The translations under genes and the position numbers were made by a program. Positions 10,901 to 25,805 of a stretch of 64,000 nucleotides of DNA are shown piece by piece. The notes under the pieces are model-generated. The model did no database searches and was not told the origin of the DNA. It saw only the letters and a program-made list of their open reading frames with translations. Source of the stretch: Eledone cirrhosa (lineage: Eukaryota); contig OZ024766.1 of assembly GCA_964016885.1 (NCBI GenBank), forward strand, positions 2,790,001 to 2,854,000, in the 5' to 3' direction. Positions within the stretch are counted from its first letter, which is position 1. Every line of letters begins with the position of its first letter.

Positions 10901-11898
10901 TTGCTCAACTTTGTAGAAATAGCAGCCAAATTGCTCTACATTACGAGGTCAATGGAAGGACACATAAATACATATATAGTCATACTTCCTTTCGTTTTAA
11001 CCTCACCCCCCTCAATTAGCATCCAACTTGTTACCTTGGTAATTCAAACCCACTCTCATTGTATGGCTTTTAAACACACATACCTACTTTTCATTTTCAT
11101 ATTCCACAAGGCTTCAAACTACCACACCACATATGTCTGTCCTGTGTGACCCCTATTTTGAATTCATGCAGGATTTTAAAACTATCATATAATAGACATC
11201 ACACCGCCTGGTCTGACATCCTCTATTCTCCATTCTCACCTTTTCTAGACCTCAGTGTCAATAACCTTTGTCTGTACATGGTACTAGTCTATATTATTCT
11301 CTTGTTTTACTATTTCTCTCCCATCTATATTTTATTCCCCTTTGACTAGGCCATCACACAGTTCTCTCCCTTCTTTGTCAGTTGAAACACTTACAATGCC
11401 TTTTCTACTATATCTGTGTAATTCACCTAAAGGTATAACTTGCTCTACCTGTTTTGTTAAATCATAATGTGCTGTGGAATGTCAGTTTCAACCTTAATGA
11501 ACCCAAACCTTAGTGATTTCCATAGGTTAGCTGATGAGATGGGACTGTGTCTTTCTTTTGTTTTTTCCATTGTCTTTGTCAGGTACATCCCTTATTTTGA
11601 AAAATATATATATATAAATGTATGTGTGTGTAAAATTAAAAACCATACGTGAGTGAGAACACAGAGGATACAAACACAAGAACAATTCCCCCTCATCAGC
11701 TGTCTTCTGTGGATCACTATAGTCTTGAATGCATTAAATCTTGTATTAAAAATACGATATCAAATAATCTCACCAATGTAAGATATAGTTATAGTGTTTG
11801 ATGGTTGTTATTACAGTGTAATATCTTCTTTCATATGTAGATATATTTATGGTTAAAAAGACACGAGTTTCATACAATGATTTTTGACACTGATACTG

Positions 11899-13266
11899 TT
11901 ATACTTCTGTATGAACAGATACATGTCTAGTTAATTTACTTTTTTGAGAGAATGATTTACCACAGATATCACACTGATGAGGTTTCTCTACTGTATGAAT
12001 ATACATGTGTCTAGATAAGCTACGTGAAAGTGTAAATGATTTACCACAGATATCACATTGAGGAGGTTTCTTTCCGGTATGAATATATTTATGTTTGGTT
12101 ATCTCACTTTTATACGAGAATGATTTACCACAGATTTCACAGTAATAAGGTTTATCTCCTGTATGAATACATTTGTGTATTGTTAAAGTACGTAGCCGAG
12201 AGAATGATTTACCACAGATATCACAGTGATGAGTTTTCTCTCCTGTATGTATATATTTGTGTATTGTTAAAGCACGTACCCGAGAGAATGATTTACCACA
12301 GATATCACACTGATGAGTTTTCTCTCCTGTATGAATATATTTGTGTCCTGTTAAGTGACCTAACTGAGAGAATGATTTACCACAGATATCACAGTGATGA
12401 GGTTTCTCTCCCGTATGTATATATTTGTGTTTTGTTAAATTACCTGACTCAGAGAATGATTTACCACAGATATCACACTGATGAGGTTTCTCTCCTGTAT
12501 GTATATATTTGTGTTTAGTTAAGTGACTTAATACAAAAAAGGATTTACCACAAATATCACACTGATGAGGTTTCCCTCCTGTATGAATATATCTGTGTTG
12601 AACTAAATAATCGTTTCGAGGAAATGATTCACCACAAATATCACAGGGATAAGGTTTCTCTCCTGTATGACCATGTTTGTGAACAGTTAAATAATTTGTA
12701 CGAGAGAATGATTTACCACAAATATCACAGGGATAAGGTTTCTCTCCTGTATGACTACGTTTGTGTATAGTTACATCACTTGTATAAGAGAATGATTTAC
12801 CACAGATATCACAGTGATAAGGTTTCGCTCGTGTATGAGTATGTGTGTGTCTGGTTAAATGACTTGTAGAAGAGAATGATTTACCACAGATATCACAGAT
12901 ATGAGGCTTCTGTCCTGTATGACTATATTTGTGTCTACTGAAGCCACTTGACTGTGAAAATGATTTACCACAGATATCACAGTGATAAGGTTTCTCTCCT
13001 GTATGAATACGCTTGTGTGTGTTTACGTTACTGATACAAGAGAATGATTTACCACAGATATCACAGTGATGGGGCTTCTCTCCAGTATGACTATATTTGT
13101 GTCTTGTTAAATGACCTAACTGAGAGAATGATTTACCACAGATATCACAGTGATGAGGTTTCTTTCTTCTATGAGCACGTCTGTGTCTAGTTAAATGACT
13201 TGTACGAGAGAATGATTTACCACAGATATCACAGCAATATAATGATTTTCCTTCCTCTTCTGACAT
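11899..13266 (-). CDS. C2H2 zinc-finger protein (gene 2), 16 fingers
   Basis: Intact ORF; ATG at 13266; acceptor at 13640-13641. Confidence 0.93.
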   Translation of the reverse strand: MSEEEGKSLYCCDICGKSFSRTSHLTRHRRAHRRKKPHHCDICGKSFSQLGHLTRHKYSHTGEKPHHCDICGKSFSCISNVNTHKRIHTGEKPYHCDICGKSFSQSSGFSRHKYSHTGQKPHICDICGKSFSSTSHLTRHTHTHTRAKPYHCDICGKSFSYTSDVTIHKRSHTGEKPYPCDICGKSFSRTNYLTVHKHGHTGEKPYPCDICGESFPRNDYLVQHRYIHTGGKPHQCDICGKSFFVLSHLTKHKYIHTGEKPHQCDICGKSFSESGNLTKHKYIHTGEKPHHCDICGKSFSQLGHLTGHKYIHTGEKTHQCDICGKSFSRVRALTIHKYIHTGEKTHHCDICGKSFSRLRTLTIHKCIHTGDKPYYCEICGKSFSYKSEITKHKYIHTGKKPPQCDICGKSFTLSRSLSRHMYIHTVEKPHQCDICGKSFSQKSKLTRHVSVHTEV

Positions 13267-13897
13267 CTCTTCAGGAAAAAATATCAATCTTTTAAGCGTC
13301 TTCCTAGAATTTTTTCTCTCAACACAATATATTGATATTTGTGTTTTTACAGTTTATTCCCAACAAATATTTCCTCTGTTAAATCTCCATCAGCTGTGCT
13401 CTTTATTGACAAATTTCTTTGTAAATTTTTGCAACTTTACTAAGAATGCAGAATCTTCTTGTATACTTTCCAGATAGGAAGAAGAGAAATCTTTCCATCA
13501 ACCTCAGTTTAGAAGAAATATTTCACTGTAATTCACCAAATGTTGATATAAAAAGACTTGTATAAACACTGTGTAAAATCTTGTGTTAGTCTTTTAAACA
13601 ATGATATTGATGTTGTATCTGTCAATGTCATGTGATATTCTGAAATAACAGAGAAACAAAATAAGATATAGAGGAGAGGATATTAAAATGTTGTGATTCA
13701 ACAATGGGAATTTTACCTTTCTTTAATGATAAATAGTCAACATCATCATCGTTTAACATCCATCTTCCACACTCGTGTAAAATATATATAATGAAAATAA
13801 AACTGATTGTGTACAGTGCTCAGGTGCACTACAACTGATAGGATTATGTACAAATATCAGGAAAATTAACAGTGTACGAGTCCTGATAAACACACAC

Positions 13898-13996
13898 GTG
13901 TCTACTGAAGCCACTTGACTCTGAAAATGATTTACCACAGATATCACAGTGATAAGGTTTCTCTCCTGTATGACTACGTTTGTGTATAGTTAAGGC
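13898..13996 (-). other. Isolated zinc-finger coding fragment inserted in the intron
   Basis: Reads [33 protein letters not shown] and replaces the LINE fragment found here in other units. Confidence 0.85.
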
Positions 13997-14276
13997 TATA
14001 ACATCAATAAAAAGAGACATGCAAAGAAAAATTGCCATCAGAGAAACCTCCAAGAGTCCCATCTGCTCCATTTTCTAAAAGAATTAGTGGTTTCTGACTG
14101 ATTTTGAGGTCAGATTTGTCGAGAACATGGAGATAAAACTTGGGTTGAAAATAAACAATTTCCCTTCGAACGACTGAAGGGTTAGGGTTATAATACAAGG
14201 TTGTGAACAACATGATTTATTAGACTGAGGTTATTTAAATAATTAAGACAGACATGACAAGGTATTAGTATAGAAG

Positions 14277-14462
14277 ATTGGCAGTATCAGTAGAGCATTA
14301 GACGCAGTGCTTTACACCATAGAGTTATGTCCCTTTACGGTCTGAGTTCAAATCCCGCCGAGGTTAACTTTGCCTTTCATCTTTGCAGGGTCGATAAAAT
14401 AAAGTACCAGTAATACACAGGGGTTGTGCTGGCCTTGTGCCAAAAGTAGATACAATTATTAT
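14277..14462 (+). mobile_element. tRNA-derived SINE (intronic copy)
   Basis: Homologous to 7288-7475. Confidence 0.8.
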
Positions 14463-15291
14463 AGAAGTACACCCTGCTTTGATATCAGTAGGGGAAAACA
14501 TTTTCACTGTTTCTTTTTTTCGTGTGCTATCAACCAATCTGACCTCCAAGGGGCTCGCAATTGACATTTGTCCAGCAAGATTGAAATGTTGGGAAGGGCT
14601 CCCACCAGCTTCTCGGAGTTTACCCAACCATTTTTCTTTCCAAGTATTATTAACGAATCTCACCTCCCAACAAGTAGGAAATGACTAGATTTATAGAAAA
14701 ACTAGGGTGAAAGGGAGTGAAAAGACGATCGGAGGTTCACAGATCTACACCCACCTCGCCTTTCGTGGGGAAAAATTACCTTTTTTTATTTTGTGCTGTC
14801 AACTAATCTGACCCCCAAGGTGCTCCCAATCATCTTTTTCTCCCGGGTTAGGGTTTCTCTTCTCCAGATAGAAATCGATTGTGAGAATCTTGGAAGTTAG
14901 ATTAGTTGATAGCACACGAAATAACCGAGGAAAGAAATTATTTTCGCACTGAAATGGAGGGGTGTGTTGTATAAATTGACCTAAACTACACATTATAATA
15001 CAAGGTAGTGAACAACATGATTAAATAGACGGAGGTAATTTAAATAATAAAGACACTTATAATAACAATATATTTTATATCACATGTAACAGTAGAATCT
15101 AGCTATTGTAAAATAAGACAACATTTCATTCTAGAAGTATTTTCCTGTATATAAAAGTGACGAGGAAGAAATATGTCTAAAGTTGTTAAATATTTTCACT
15201 TGTATATAATTACTGTATCGTTGAAAGGTTCACATAATTCTATTATTTACACACATTATTATAGACTTCAAGTAAATCTTTCTCAACTTAC

Positions 15292-15470
15292 CCCCTTCCC
15301 ATGTAATCAATGTGTTGTCTTCTTATATTTTATTAAACAAAGAAATAATCTCCTTGTTGTTGTTGAATAAGAATTTCCAAAGATTTCATCAGCTTTTCTT
15401 TGTCCGCCATTAACGTTGGTGTATCTTCTTAATCTTTAGCCACAGATTCGTATCTTGTCACGATGAAGCT
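15292..15470 (-). promoter_or_regulatory. Putative exon 1/promoter of gene 2 (uORF 15333-15410, donor at 15291)
   Basis: GTAAGT donor, AATGGCGG motif. Confidence 0.65.
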
Positions 15471-16554
15471 GTTAAGCTAGCTTTCTTTCTTTCTCCCTCA
15501 TTATTTGTATACTTGCATATATATATATATTTGTCTACTTGATTATATATATATATATATATATATATCATCATCATCATCGCCGTTTAACGTACATTCT
15601 CCCATGTTAACATGGGTTATACGAGCTGTCCCGTTTTGTGGCAAGTCAGATCAGATGACCGTCTCTTGTTTATACAGAACTATCTCTAGTTTGGTTTCTA
15701 CGGCTAGATACCCATCCAAACGCCAACCATGTTTACAGTGTGGAGTTGCTCTTTTCTAAGCAACAAAATGATCGCTATACAGAGTAGACAGGCCACTTTT
15801 TCTTATGTCACCAACACCACCACCACTTTACAGGGTGGACTGGATGCATTCGTCATGTCACCAACATTTTAGCCTGTAGACTGGGCACTTTTCATCATGT
15901 CACCAACACCAGCACTTTACAGGGTTGACTGAGAGCTTCAGTCATTTCAGCAGCATTGTGGGAGAGTGTTTATCTTCCCATGTTTGTATACATTGGTTGG
16001 TCTAGAGAGGTGCCTCAGATGTGTAAAGTGTGGTTGCATGTCTGTTGGGTGGGGTACTTAGCTGCTGAAGGGTGGAGTGTTAAGTCGTGGGTGAAAGATG
16101 GAGTGTTAAGATATGGGAGGTGTATGGAAGTGGGTGGTCCATACTAGTAAGCTCTAGATATTGCTTCCTCTAATACACATGGAAAGGCAGGTCTTCTGAA
16201 GTACAGCATAATGCCAGAGATCTCAATCCTATGTCATACACATCACACATCCATACCACTACAATCTCTTCTCCTGTACATTGCATCTGACCACTCATAT
16301 GTCCAGTTTCTCTCTCAGTTCAATTACACTTTGCCATTCATACATAATACTATTACACATCTATAGGAGCAAGTTGAAATGACTGACTTGACAAATTCCT
16401 CAAATATAAATCTTTTATTGACAAAACAGGGATTGAAATTTAAGACATTAATACAATTTATAGAATGGTTTATGAAAAACAAAAAAATGATTTCAAAAAG
16501 AAACAAATTAATACAAAGAGAAAAAGAAAAAGAGGAAAAGATTCATACTCCTTT

Positions 16555-16806
16555 AATTATACACTACAGGGAATGTGGGTGTTGGCCTCTAAATATATCT
16601 TGAGGTCAGGGATAGAGGGTCCCTCAATTATACTCTACAACAGGGACTGTGTGTGTTGCCCTCTAAATATTTCTTGAGGCCAGTTACAGCATTATGTCAT
16701 AGGATAGAGGGTCCCTCAATTATACACGAAAGCAGGGAATGTGGGTGTTGCCCTCTAAATAATTCTTGAGGTCAGTTACACCACTAAGTTAGGGATAAAG
16801 GGCTCC
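16555..16806. repeat. 92-bp VNTR, ~3 copies
   Basis: Same unit as 4135-5975. Confidence 0.85.
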
Positions 16807-17011
16807 TTAACCCTTTAGCATTCACATTACTCTATATATACTATTATATTTTCATGGTAAAAGCTTTATCTCACATAATATCGAATCAATGAGATTTTGA
16901 AAGTATTTATTTTCAGAACAATACCTTAACATCAGTTTGAGCGACCAGTTACAGCCAGTTTCAACAGAAAGAAGTAGAGAATTCTGGCCGGTTTGAACAT
17001 TAAAGGGTTAA
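16807..17011. mobile_element. piggyBac-type MITE
   Basis: TTAA CCCTTT...AAAGGG TTAA. Confidence 0.85.
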
Positions 17012-17189
17012 CTATATACTACAACAGGGAATGTGGGTGTTGCCAAAAAATAAATTTAAGAAGACAACTATCAGACATGAGAATAACTTTAATCCCATTT
17101 AAAAATAAAATAAAAAAAATGGAAAGCAATATTTAGCAAGCTATACAAATACTAAGGGTTTTCTTGTGATGTTAGTTGACAATAAGTTT

Positions 17190-17630
17190 ATATTTGTAAG
17201 ATGAAGGACATGTCACATTGTCAAGTTAAAAGGTTTGTTTATTTTTCTCTGTTTAAGTTACTGATATAGTTTTTCACCAGTGTCATCGTTTGTGCTTAGT
17301 TAAAGATAAGTTACTTCCAAAATATTCCCCACATGCTAAACAATGGTAATATTTCTCTCCAGTGTGGTCTTTTGTGCTTATTCAAGTTACTGTTACTTCC
17401 AAAATATTCCCCACATGTTACACAATGGTAATATTTCTCTCCAGTGTGGTCTTTTGTGTTTATTCAAGTTAGTTACTGCCGAAATATTCCTCACATGTTA
17501 AACAGTGGCCTCTCTCCAGTGTGTGTTCTTTGTTTATTTAAATCACTCCTTACAACAAAAGATTTTCTATGTTTCACAACGAAAGGGTTTCTCTCCAGAG
17601 CCTGATAATTTGTAAACCGTTAAGTGATCT
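17190..17630 (-). pseudogene. Decayed zinc-finger remnant with 3 copies of the 82-bp core
   Basis: Homologous to 1-760. Confidence 0.8.
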
Positions 17631-18705
17631 CTTATCCTGTTGCTCAACTTTGTAGAAATAGCAGCCAAATTGCTCTACATTACTAGGTCAATGGAAGGAC
17701 ACATAAATACATACATAGTCATACTTCCTTTCCTTTTAACCTCACCCCCCTCAATTAGTATCCAACTTGTTACCTTGGTAATTCAAACCCACTCTCATTG
17801 TATGGCTTTTAAACACACATACCTACTTTTCATTTTCATATTCCACAAGGCTTCAAACTACCACACCACATATGTCTGTCTTGTGTGACCCCTATTTTGA
17901 ATTCATGCAGGATTTTTAAACTATCATATAATAGACATCACACCGCCTGGTCTGACATCCTCTATTATCCCTTCTCACCTTTTCTACACCTCAGTGACAT
18001 TAATCTTTGTCTGTACATGGTACTAAAGTCTATATTATTCTCTTGTTTTACTATTTCTCTCCCATCTATATTTTATTCCCCTTTGACTAGGCCATCACAC
18101 AGTTCTCTCCCTTCTTCGTCAGTTGACACACTTACAATGCCTTTTCTACTATATCTGTGTAATTCACCTAAAGGTATAACTTGCTCTACCTGTTTTATTA
18201 AATCCTAATGTGCTGTGGAATGTACGGTTTCAACCTTAATGAACCGAAACCTTAGTGATTTCCATAGGTTAGCTGATGAGATAGGACTGTGTTTTTCTTT
18301 TGTTTTTTCCATTGTCTTTCCCTTTGAAAAATATATATATATATATATATTTCGTCCAAACCCATGCAAGCGTGGAAGATGGACGTTAAACGATGATGAT
18401 GATGATGATGATGATGATGTAAATGTATGTGTGTGTGTAAAATTAAAAACCATACATGGGTGAGAACACAGAGGATACAAACACAAGAACAATTCCCGCT
18501 CATCAGCTGTCTTCTGTGGATCACTATAGTCTTGAATGCATTAAATCTTGTATTAAAAATACGAAATCAAATTATCTCACCAATGTAAGATATAGTTATA
18601 GTGTTTGATGGTTGTTATTACAGTGTAATATCTTCTTTCATATGTAGATATATTTATGGTTAAAAAGACAAGAGTTTCATACAATGATTTTTGACACTGA
18701 TACTG

Positions 18706-20241
18706 TTATACTTCTGTATGAACAGATACATGTCTAGTTAATTTACTTTTTTGAGAGAATGATTTACCACAGATATCACACTGATGATGTTTCTCTCCTG
18801 TATGAATATACATGTGTCTAGATAAGCTACGTGAAAGTGTAAATGATTTACCACAGATATCACATTGAGGAGGTTTCTTTCCGGTATGAATATATTTATG
18901 TTTGGTTATCTCACTTTTATACGAGAATGATTTACCACAGATTTCACAGTAATAAGGTTTATCTCCTGTATGAATACATTTGTGTATTGTTAAAGTACGT
19001 AGCCGAGAGAATGATTTACCACAGATATCACAGTGATGAGTTTTCTCTCCTGTATGTATATATTTGTGTATTGTTAAAGCACGTACCCGAGAGAATGATT
19101 TACCACAGATATCACACTGATGAGTTTTCTCTCCTGTATGAATATATTTGTGTCCTGTTAAATGTCCTAACTGAGAGAATGATTTACCACAGATATCACA
19201 CTGATGAGGTTTCTCTCCTGTATGTATATATTTGTGTTTTGTTAAATTACCTGACTCAGAGAATGATTTACCACAGATATCACACTGATGAGGTTTCTCT
19301 CCTGTATGTATATATTTGTGTTTAGTTAAGTGACTTAATACAAAAAAGGATTTACCACAAATATCACACTGATGAGGTTTCCCTCCTGTATGAATATATC
19401 TGTGTTGAACTAAATAATCGTTTCGAGGAAATGATTCACCACAAATATCACAGGGATAAGGTTTCTCTCCTGTATGACCATGTTTGTGAACAGTTAAATA
19501 ATTTGTACGAGAGAATGATTTACCACAAATATCACAGGGATAAGGTTTCTCTCCTGTATGACTACGTTTGTGTATAGTTACATCACTTGTATAAGAGAAT
19601 GATTTACCACAGATATCACAGTGATAAGGTTTCTCTCGTGTATGAGTATGTGTGTGTCTGGTTAAATGACTTGTAGAAGAGAATGATTTACCACAGATAT
19701 CACAGGGATGAGGCTTCTGGCCTAGATGACTATATTTGTGTCTACTGAAGCCACTTGACTGTGAAAATGATTTACCACAGATATCACAGTGATAAGGTTT
19801 CTCTCCTGTATGAATACGCTTGTGTGTGTTTATGTTACTGATACAAGAGAATGATTTACCACAGATATCACAGTGATAGGGCTTCTCTCCAGTATGACTA
19901 TATTTGTGTCTTGTTAAATGACCTAACTGAGAGAATGATTTACCACAGATATCACAGTGATGAGGTTTCTCTCCTGTATGACTATATTTGTGTATAGTTA
20001 AATGACCTAACTGAGAGAATGATTTACCACAGATATCACAGTGATGGGGCTTCTCTCCAGTATGACTATATTTGTGTATAGTTAAATGACCTAACTGAGA
20101 GAATGATTTACCACAGATATCACAGTGATGAGGTTTCTTTCTTCTATGAGCACGTCTGTGTCTAGTTAAATGACTTGTACGAGAGAATGATTTACCACAG
20201 ATATCACAGCAATATAATGATTTTCTTTCCTCTTCTGACAT
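18706..20241 (-). CDS. C2H2 zinc-finger protein (gene 3), 18 fingers; near-copy of gene 2 with two extra QLGH fingers
   Basis: Intact ORF; ATG at 20241; acceptor at 20635-20636. Confidence 0.93.
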   Translation of the reverse strand: MSEEERKSLYCCDICGKSFSRTSHLTRHRRAHRRKKPHHCDICGKSFSQLGHLTIHKYSHTGEKPHHCDICGKSFSQLGHLTIHKYSHTGEKPHHCDICGKSFSQLGHLTRHKYSHTGEKPYHCDICGKSFSCISNINTHKRIHTGEKPYHCDICGKSFSQSSGFSRHKYSHLGQKPHPCDICGKSFSSTSHLTRHTHTHTREKPYHCDICGKSFSYTSDVTIHKRSHTGEKPYPCDICGKSFSRTNYLTVHKHGHTGEKPYPCDICGESFPRNDYLVQHRYIHTGGKPHQCDICGKSFFVLSHLTKHKYIHTGEKPHQCDICGKSFSESGNLTKHKYIHTGEKPHQCDICGKSFSQLGHLTGHKYIHTGEKTHQCDICGKSFSRVRALTIHKYIHTGEKTHHCDICGKSFSRLRTLTIHKCIHTGDKPYYCEICGKSFSYKSEITKHKYIHTGKKPPQCDICGKSFTLSRSLSRHMYIHTGEKHHQCDICGKSFSQKSKLTRHVSVHTEV

Positions 20242-20959
20242 CTCTTCAGGAAAAAATATCAATCTTTTAAGTGTCTTCCTAGAATTTTTTCTCTCAATAC
20301 AATATATTGATATTTTTGTTTTTACAGTTTATTCCCAACAAATATTTCCTCTGTTAAATCTCCATCAGCTGTGCTCTTTGTTGACAAATTCCTTTGTAAA
20401 TTTTTGCAACTTTACTAAGAATGCAGAATCTTTTTGTACACTTTCCAGATAGGAAGAAGAGAAATCTTTCTATCAACCTCAGTTTAGAAGAAATATTTCA
20501 CTGTAATTCACCAAATGTTGATATAAAAAGTCTTCTATAAATAGTGTGTAAAATCTTGTGTTAGTCTTTTAAACAATGATATTGATGTTGTATCTGAAGT
20601 TAAAATTTCTCTTCTGTCAATGTCATGTGATATTCTGAAATAACAGAGAAACAAAATAAGATATAGAGGAGAGGATATTAAAATGTTGTGATTCAACAAT
20701 GGAAATTTTACCTTTCTTTAATGATAAATAGTCAACATCAACATCATCATTTAACATCCATCTTCCACACTAGTGTAAAATATATATAATGAAAATAAAA
20801 ATGATTGTGTACAGTGCTCAGGTGCACTACAACTGATAGAATTATGTACAAATGTCAGGAAAATTAACAGTGTACGAGTCCTGATAAACACACACGTGTT
20901 CGTGTGTGTGTGTATGGACAGGGAATATCAGGTGCAAGTGATGGAAAATTTGGGGAAGC

Positions 20960-21560
20960 ATGGAAGTTTTGAAGGATGCATCAGTGATTCGGGTAATGTC
21001 TTCAGGAAAGACTATTAGTTGATCACAGTCGCTGGAGTTAGGGGTAAATCCAAATTGCGTGGGTCGGATAAGGCTGTGAGAGTTCCAGAGTGGTTCTCTC
21101 ACACAGGACTCCATCAGTTTGGCGATGCAGCTAGTTAGATTGACTGGACAACAGTTAAGAGGTGACATGCGATCACCCTTCTTGAACAAAGGAATGGCAC
21201 TGGCAGTTTTCTACTGCTCAGAGGTAACTCCATTGTTAAGGCAGAATTGAAAGAAGAGTGAAAGCTGGTGCAGAAAAAAGTAACCACCATGTCTGAGAAG
21301 CAGGTACGTAACATAATTACAACCAGGAGAAGGATAGTTAAACTTATTCTTATGGTGGCATCATAGTATCGTAGGTGTAAATTCCATACTTGTTATAGAA
21401 TTCGATGTCAGAGGTGGTACATTTTAATCATCAGTAGTCCAGCCTGTGTGGGGATTGCACAGAGGACTTACTGGAGAGTGAGGTGTCTTCTTTGAATGTA
21501 CATATTTCCAGAACACTTTGCAGTGAGGGTTTTTCATAGTATTAAAACCTTATTATGTAG
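20960..21560 (-). mobile_element. Degenerate LINE ORF2 fragment (CR1/L2/Jockey-like, linker plus RT start)
   Basis: KVFWKYVHSKK and FKKGDRMSPLN.CPVNLTSCIAKLMES...QFGF, matching the KKGD...NYRPISLTS..K.ME...Q.GF motif. Confidence 0.8.
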
Positions 21561-21821
21561 AAACACCAATAAAAAAAGACATCCGAAAAAAAATTGCCAT
21601 CAGAGAAACCTCCATTTTCTAAAAGAATTAGTGGTTTCTGACTGATTTTGAGGTCAGATTTGTCGATAACACGGAGATAAAACTTGGGGTGAAAATAAAC
21701 AATTTCCCTTCGAACGACTGAGGGGTTAGGGTTATAATACAAGGTTGTGAACAACATGATTTATTAGACTGAGGTTATTTAAATAATTAAGACAGACATG
21801 ACAAGGTATTAGTATAGAAGA

Positions 21822-22007
21822 CTGGCAGTATCAGTAGAGCGTTAGACGCAGTGCTTTACACCATAGAGTTATGTCCCTTTACGGTCTGAGTTCAAATCCC
21901 GCCGAGGTTAACTTTGCCTTTCATCCTTACAGGGTCGATAAAATAAAGTACCAGTAATACACAGAGGTTATTGCTGGCCTTGTGCCAAAAGTAGAAACAA
22001 TTATTAT
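21822..22007 (+). mobile_element. tRNA-derived SINE (intronic copy)
   Basis: Homologous to 7288-7475. Confidence 0.8.
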
Positions 22008-22836
22008 AGAAGTACACCCTGCTTTGATATCAATGGGGGAAAACATTTTCCCTGTTTCTTTTTTTCGTGTGCTATCAACCAATCTGACCTCCAAGGGGCT
22101 CGCAATTGACATTTGTCCAGCAAGATTGAAATGTTGGGAAGGGCTCCCTCCCGCTTCTCGGAGTTTACCCAACCATTTTTCTTTCCAAGTGTTATTAACG
22201 AATCTCACCTCCCAACAAGTAGGAAATGACTAGATTTATAGAAAAACTAGGGTGAAAGGGAGTCAAAAGACGATCGGAGGTTCACAGATCTACACCCACC
22301 TCGCCTTTCGTGGGGAAAAATTACCTTTTTTTATTTTGTGCTGTCAACTAATCTGACCCCCAAGGTGCTCCCAATCATCTTTTTCTCCCGGATTAAGGTT
22401 TCTGTTCTCCAGATAGAAATCGATTGCGAGAATCTTGGAAGTTAGATTAGTTGATAGCACACGAAATAACCGAGGAAAGAAATTATTTTCCCACTGAAAT
22501 GGAGGGGTGTGTTGTATAAATTGACCTAAACTACACATTATAATACAAGGTAGTGAACAACATGATTAAATAGACGGAGGTAACTTAAATAATAAAGACA
22601 CTCATAATAACAATCTATTTTATATCACATGTAACAGTAGAATCTAGCTATTGTAAAATAAGACAACATTTCAGTCTAGAAGTATTTTCCTGTATATAAA
22701 AGTGACGAGGAAGAAATATGTCCAAAGTTGTTAAATATTTTCACTTGTATATAATTACTGTATCGTTGAAAGGTTCACGTAATTCTATTATTTACACACA
22801 TTATTATAGACTTCAAGTAAATCTTTCTCAACTTAC

Positions 22837-23010
22837 CCTCTTCACATGTAATCAATGTGTTGTCTTCTTATATTTTATTAAACAAAGAAATAATCTCCTT
22901 GTTGTTGAATAAGAATTTTCAATGATTTTATCAGCTTTTCTTTGTCCGCCATTAACGTTGGTGTATCTTTTTATTCTTTAGCCACAGATTCGTATCTTGT
23001 CTCGATGAAG
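22837..23010 (-). promoter_or_regulatory. Putative exon 1/promoter of gene 3 (donor at 22836, uORF ATG at 22952)
   Basis: Conserved donor and AATGGCGG motif. Confidence 0.65.
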
Positions 23011-24074
23011 CTGTTAAGCTAGCTTTCTTTCTTTCTCCTTCATTATTTGTATACTTGAATATATATATATATTTGTCTACTTGATTATATATATATATAT
23101 ATACATATCATCATCGCCGTTTAACGTACATTCCGCCATGTTAACATGGGTTAAACGAGCTGTCCCGTTTTGTGGCAAGTCAGATCAGATGACCGTCTCT
23201 TGTTTATACAGAACTATCTCTTGGTTGGTTTCTACGGCTAGATACCCATCCAAACGCCAACCATGTTTACAGCGTGGAGTTACTCTTTTCTAAGCAACAA
23301 AATGATCACTATACAGTGTAGACAGGCCACTTTTTCTTATGTCACCAACACCACCACTTTACAGGGTGGACTGGATGCATTTGTCATGTCACCAACACTT
23401 TAGAGTGTAGACTGGGCACTTTTCATCATGTCACCAACACCAGCACTTTACAGGGTTGACTGAGAGCTTCAGTCATTTCAGCAGCATTGTGGGAGAGTGT
23501 TTCTCTTCCCATGTTTGGTCTAGAGAGGTGCCTCAGATGTTTAAAGTGTGGTTGCATGTCTGGTGGGTGGGTACTTAGCTGGTGAAGGGTGGAGTGTTAA
23601 GTCGTGGGTGAAAGATGGAGTGTTAAGATATGGGAGGTGTATGGAAGTGGGTGGTCCATACTAGTAAGCTCTAGATATTGCTTCCTCTAATACACATGGA
23701 AAGGCAGGTCTTCTGAAGTACAGCATAATGCCAGAGATTTCAATCCTATGTCATACACATCACACATCCATACCACTACAATCTCTTCTCCTGTACATTG
23801 CATCTGACCACTCATATGTCCAGTTTCTCTCTCAGTTCATTTACACTTTGCCATTCATACATAATACTATTACACATCCATCGGAACAAGTTGAAATGAC
23901 TGACTTGACAAATTCCTCAAATATAAATCTTTTATTGACAAAACAGGGATTGAAATTTAAGACATTAATACAATTTATAGAATGGTGTATGAAAAACAAA
24001 TAAATGATTTCAAAAAGAAACAAATCAATACAAAGAGAAAAAGAAAAAGAAGAAAAGATACACATAGTCCTTTA

Positions 24075-24195
24075 ATTATACACTACAGGGAATGTGGGTG
24101 TTGCCCTCTAAATATTTCTTGAGGCCAGTTATAACATTGTCATAGGATAAAGGGTCCCTCAATTATACACTACAACAGGGAATGTGGGTGTTGCC
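24075..24195. repeat. 92-bp VNTR, ~1.5 copies, no MITE
   Basis: agggtccctcaattatacactacaacagggaatgtgggtgttgccaaaaa is uninterrupted. Confidence 0.8.
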
Positions 24196-24339
24196 AAAAA
24201 ATAAATTTAAGAAGACAACTATCAGACATGAGAATGACTTTAATCCCATTTAAAAATAAAATAAAAAAAAAAATGGAAAGCAATATTTAGCAAGCTATAC
24301 AAATACTAACGGTTTCCTTGTGATGTTAGTTGACAATAA

Positions 24340-24780
24340 GTTTATATTTGTAAGATGAAGGACATGTCACATTGCCAAGTTACAAGGTTTGTTTATTTTT
24401 CTCTGTTTAAGTGACTGATATAGTTTTTCACCAGTGTCATCGTTTGTGCTTAGTTAAAGATAAGTTACTGCCAAAATATTCCCCACATGTTAAACAATGT
24501 TAATATTTCTCTCCAGTGTGGTCTTTTGTGTTTATTCAAATTAGTGTTGCTTCCAAAATATTCCCCACATGTTAAACAATGGTAATATTTCTCTCCAAAG
24601 TGGTCTTTTGTGTTTATTCAAGTTACTGTTACTGCCAAAATATTCCCCACATGTTAAACAGTGGCCTCTCTCCAGTGTGTTTTCTCTGTTTATTTAAATG
24701 ACTCCTTACAACAAAAGATTTTCTATTTCACAACAAAAGGGTTTCTCTCCAGAGCCTGATAATTTGTAAACTGTTGATCT
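24340..24780 (-). pseudogene. Decayed zinc-finger remnant with 3 copies of the 82-bp core
   Basis: tattcccc at 24477, 24559, 24641. Confidence 0.8.
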
Positions 24781-25805
24781 CTTACCCTGTTGCTCAACTT
24801 CGTAGAAATAGCAGCCAAATTGCTCTACATTAAGAGGTTAATGGAAGGACACATAAATACATATATAGTCATACTTCCTTTCCTTTTAACCACACCCCCC
24901 TCAATCAGTTTCCAACTTCTTACCGTGGTAATTCAAACATACTCTCATTGTATGGCTTTTAAACACACATACCCACTTTTCATTTTCATATTCCACAATG
25001 CTTCAAACTACCACACCACATATGTCTGTCCTGTGTGACCCCTATTTTGAATTCATGCAGGATTTTAAAACTATCATATAATAGACATCACACCGCTTGG
25101 TCTGACATCCTCTATTATCCCTTCTCACCTTTTCTACACCTCAGTGACATCAATCCTTGTCCGTACATGGTACTAAAGTCTATATTATTCTCTTGTTTTA
25201 CTATTTCTCTCCTATGTATATTTTATTCCCCTTTGACTAGGCCATCACACAGTTCTCTCCCTTCTTTGTCAGTTGACACACTTACAATGCCTTTTCTACT
25301 ATATCTGTGTAATTCACCTAAAGGTATAACTTGCTCTACCTGTTTTGTTAAATCCTAATGTGCTGTGGAATGTATGGTTTCAACCTTAATGAACCGAAAC
25401 CTTAGTGATTTTCATTGGTTAGCTGATGAGATGGGACTGTGTCTTTCTTTTGTTTATTCCATTGTCTTTGTCAGGTGCATCCCTTATTTTGAAAAAAAAA
25501 TATATATATATATATATAAATGTATGTGTATGTGTAAAATTAAAAACCATACGTGGGTGAGAACACAGAGGATAGAAACACAAGAACAATTCCCCCTCAT
25601 CAGCTGTCTTCTGTGGATCACTATAGATTTGAATGCATTAAATCTTGTATTAAAAATACGACAATATCAAATTATCTCACCAATGTAAGATATAGTTATA
25701 GTGTTTGATGGTTGTTATTACAGTGTAATATCTTCTTTCATATGTAGATATATTTATGGTTAAAAAGACAATAGTTTCATACAATGATTTTTGACACTGA
25801 TACTG

